NCBI GenBank assembly: GCA_041697335.1
Contig: JBGUGD010000018.1
Coordinates: 1 to 28,930, forward strand
Length of the DNA stretch: 28,930 nt
Source of the DNA: Vampirovibrionaceae bacterium NZW_1234
GTDB taxonomy: Bacteria > Cyanobacteriota > Vampirovibrionia > Vampirovibrionales > JAGQHJ01
Direction of reading: 5' to 3'
The position numbers and the translations under genes were made by a program. Of the stretch, positions 28,693 through 28,930 are shown in pieces. Below the pieces are notes generated by a model that was given only the letters and a program-made list of their open reading frames with translations, was not told where the DNA came from and did not search any database. Each line of letters opens with the position of its first letter. The first letter of the stretch is position 1.

Positions 28693-28930
28693 GGTCAGCT
28701 TGTCGCTTCGGCTTGCTTCGTTGGCCCAATCCAACAGGCCTGCACCTAGAAGGCTGGTCTGGATGATGACGAAGGGCATGCTTAGAAGTGGTGGATGTTC
28801 CAGAGAGGCCTTGTAAGAGGGCAATGCGGTCAGGCCGGTGCCTGCAACAAGACTGGCCAAAAGGAAGCTTGCTACCACTTCAGATTGAAATAGGGCACTC
28901 AGGGTGATTCCGAGAATGAGGGAGCCACCG
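28612..28930 (-). CDS. Partial (3' end) multi-pass membrane protein, starts beyond the window
   Basis: Frame is open to the window edge: GGSLILGITLSALFQSEVVASFLLASLVAGTG...LTLLGALIVIVAVYALVTQKMAMRRQAV*, with several hydrophobic segments. Confidence 0.6.
   Translation of the reverse strand, partial: GGSLILGITLSALFQSEVVASFLLASLVAGTGLTALPSYKASLEHPPLLSMPFVIIQTSLLGAGLLDWANEASRSDKLTLLGALIVIVAVYALVTQKMAMRRQAV

Overview
Bacterial chromosomal window, by inference from a non-photosynthetic Cyanobacteria relative (Vampirovibrionia/Melainabacteria-like), judged from the cyanobacterial-style ClpX, ClpP and GAF sequences. It opens with a core block: tRNA-Gly(GCC), tig, clpP, clpX and an intrinsic terminator. 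The middle is a mixed accessory region: adhesin-E-like exported protein, a 636-aa largely disordered protein, a pentapeptide-repeat protein, a class I/II aminotransferase, a CopA-type Cu(I) ATPase, a CcoS/FixS-like membrane protein, a DUF2259-like exported protein, a general-stress-like protein, a D-Ala-D-Ala dipeptidase, an orphan PAS-PAS-GAF histidine kinase and three low-complexity orphan genes. The best candidate for an undescribed system is the divergent five-gene envelope locus at 20207-28692. On the minus strand are a Tat-signal transpeptidase-only PBP and a SpoIID/LytB protein. On the plus strand are a signal-peptide-bearing AMMECR1 protein, a thioester alpha-2-macroglobulin and a VanW protein. 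Several unexplained intergenic inverted repeats are also present. No mobile elements or CRISPR arrays were seen. All family calls come from motif recognition by eye; no database searches were run.
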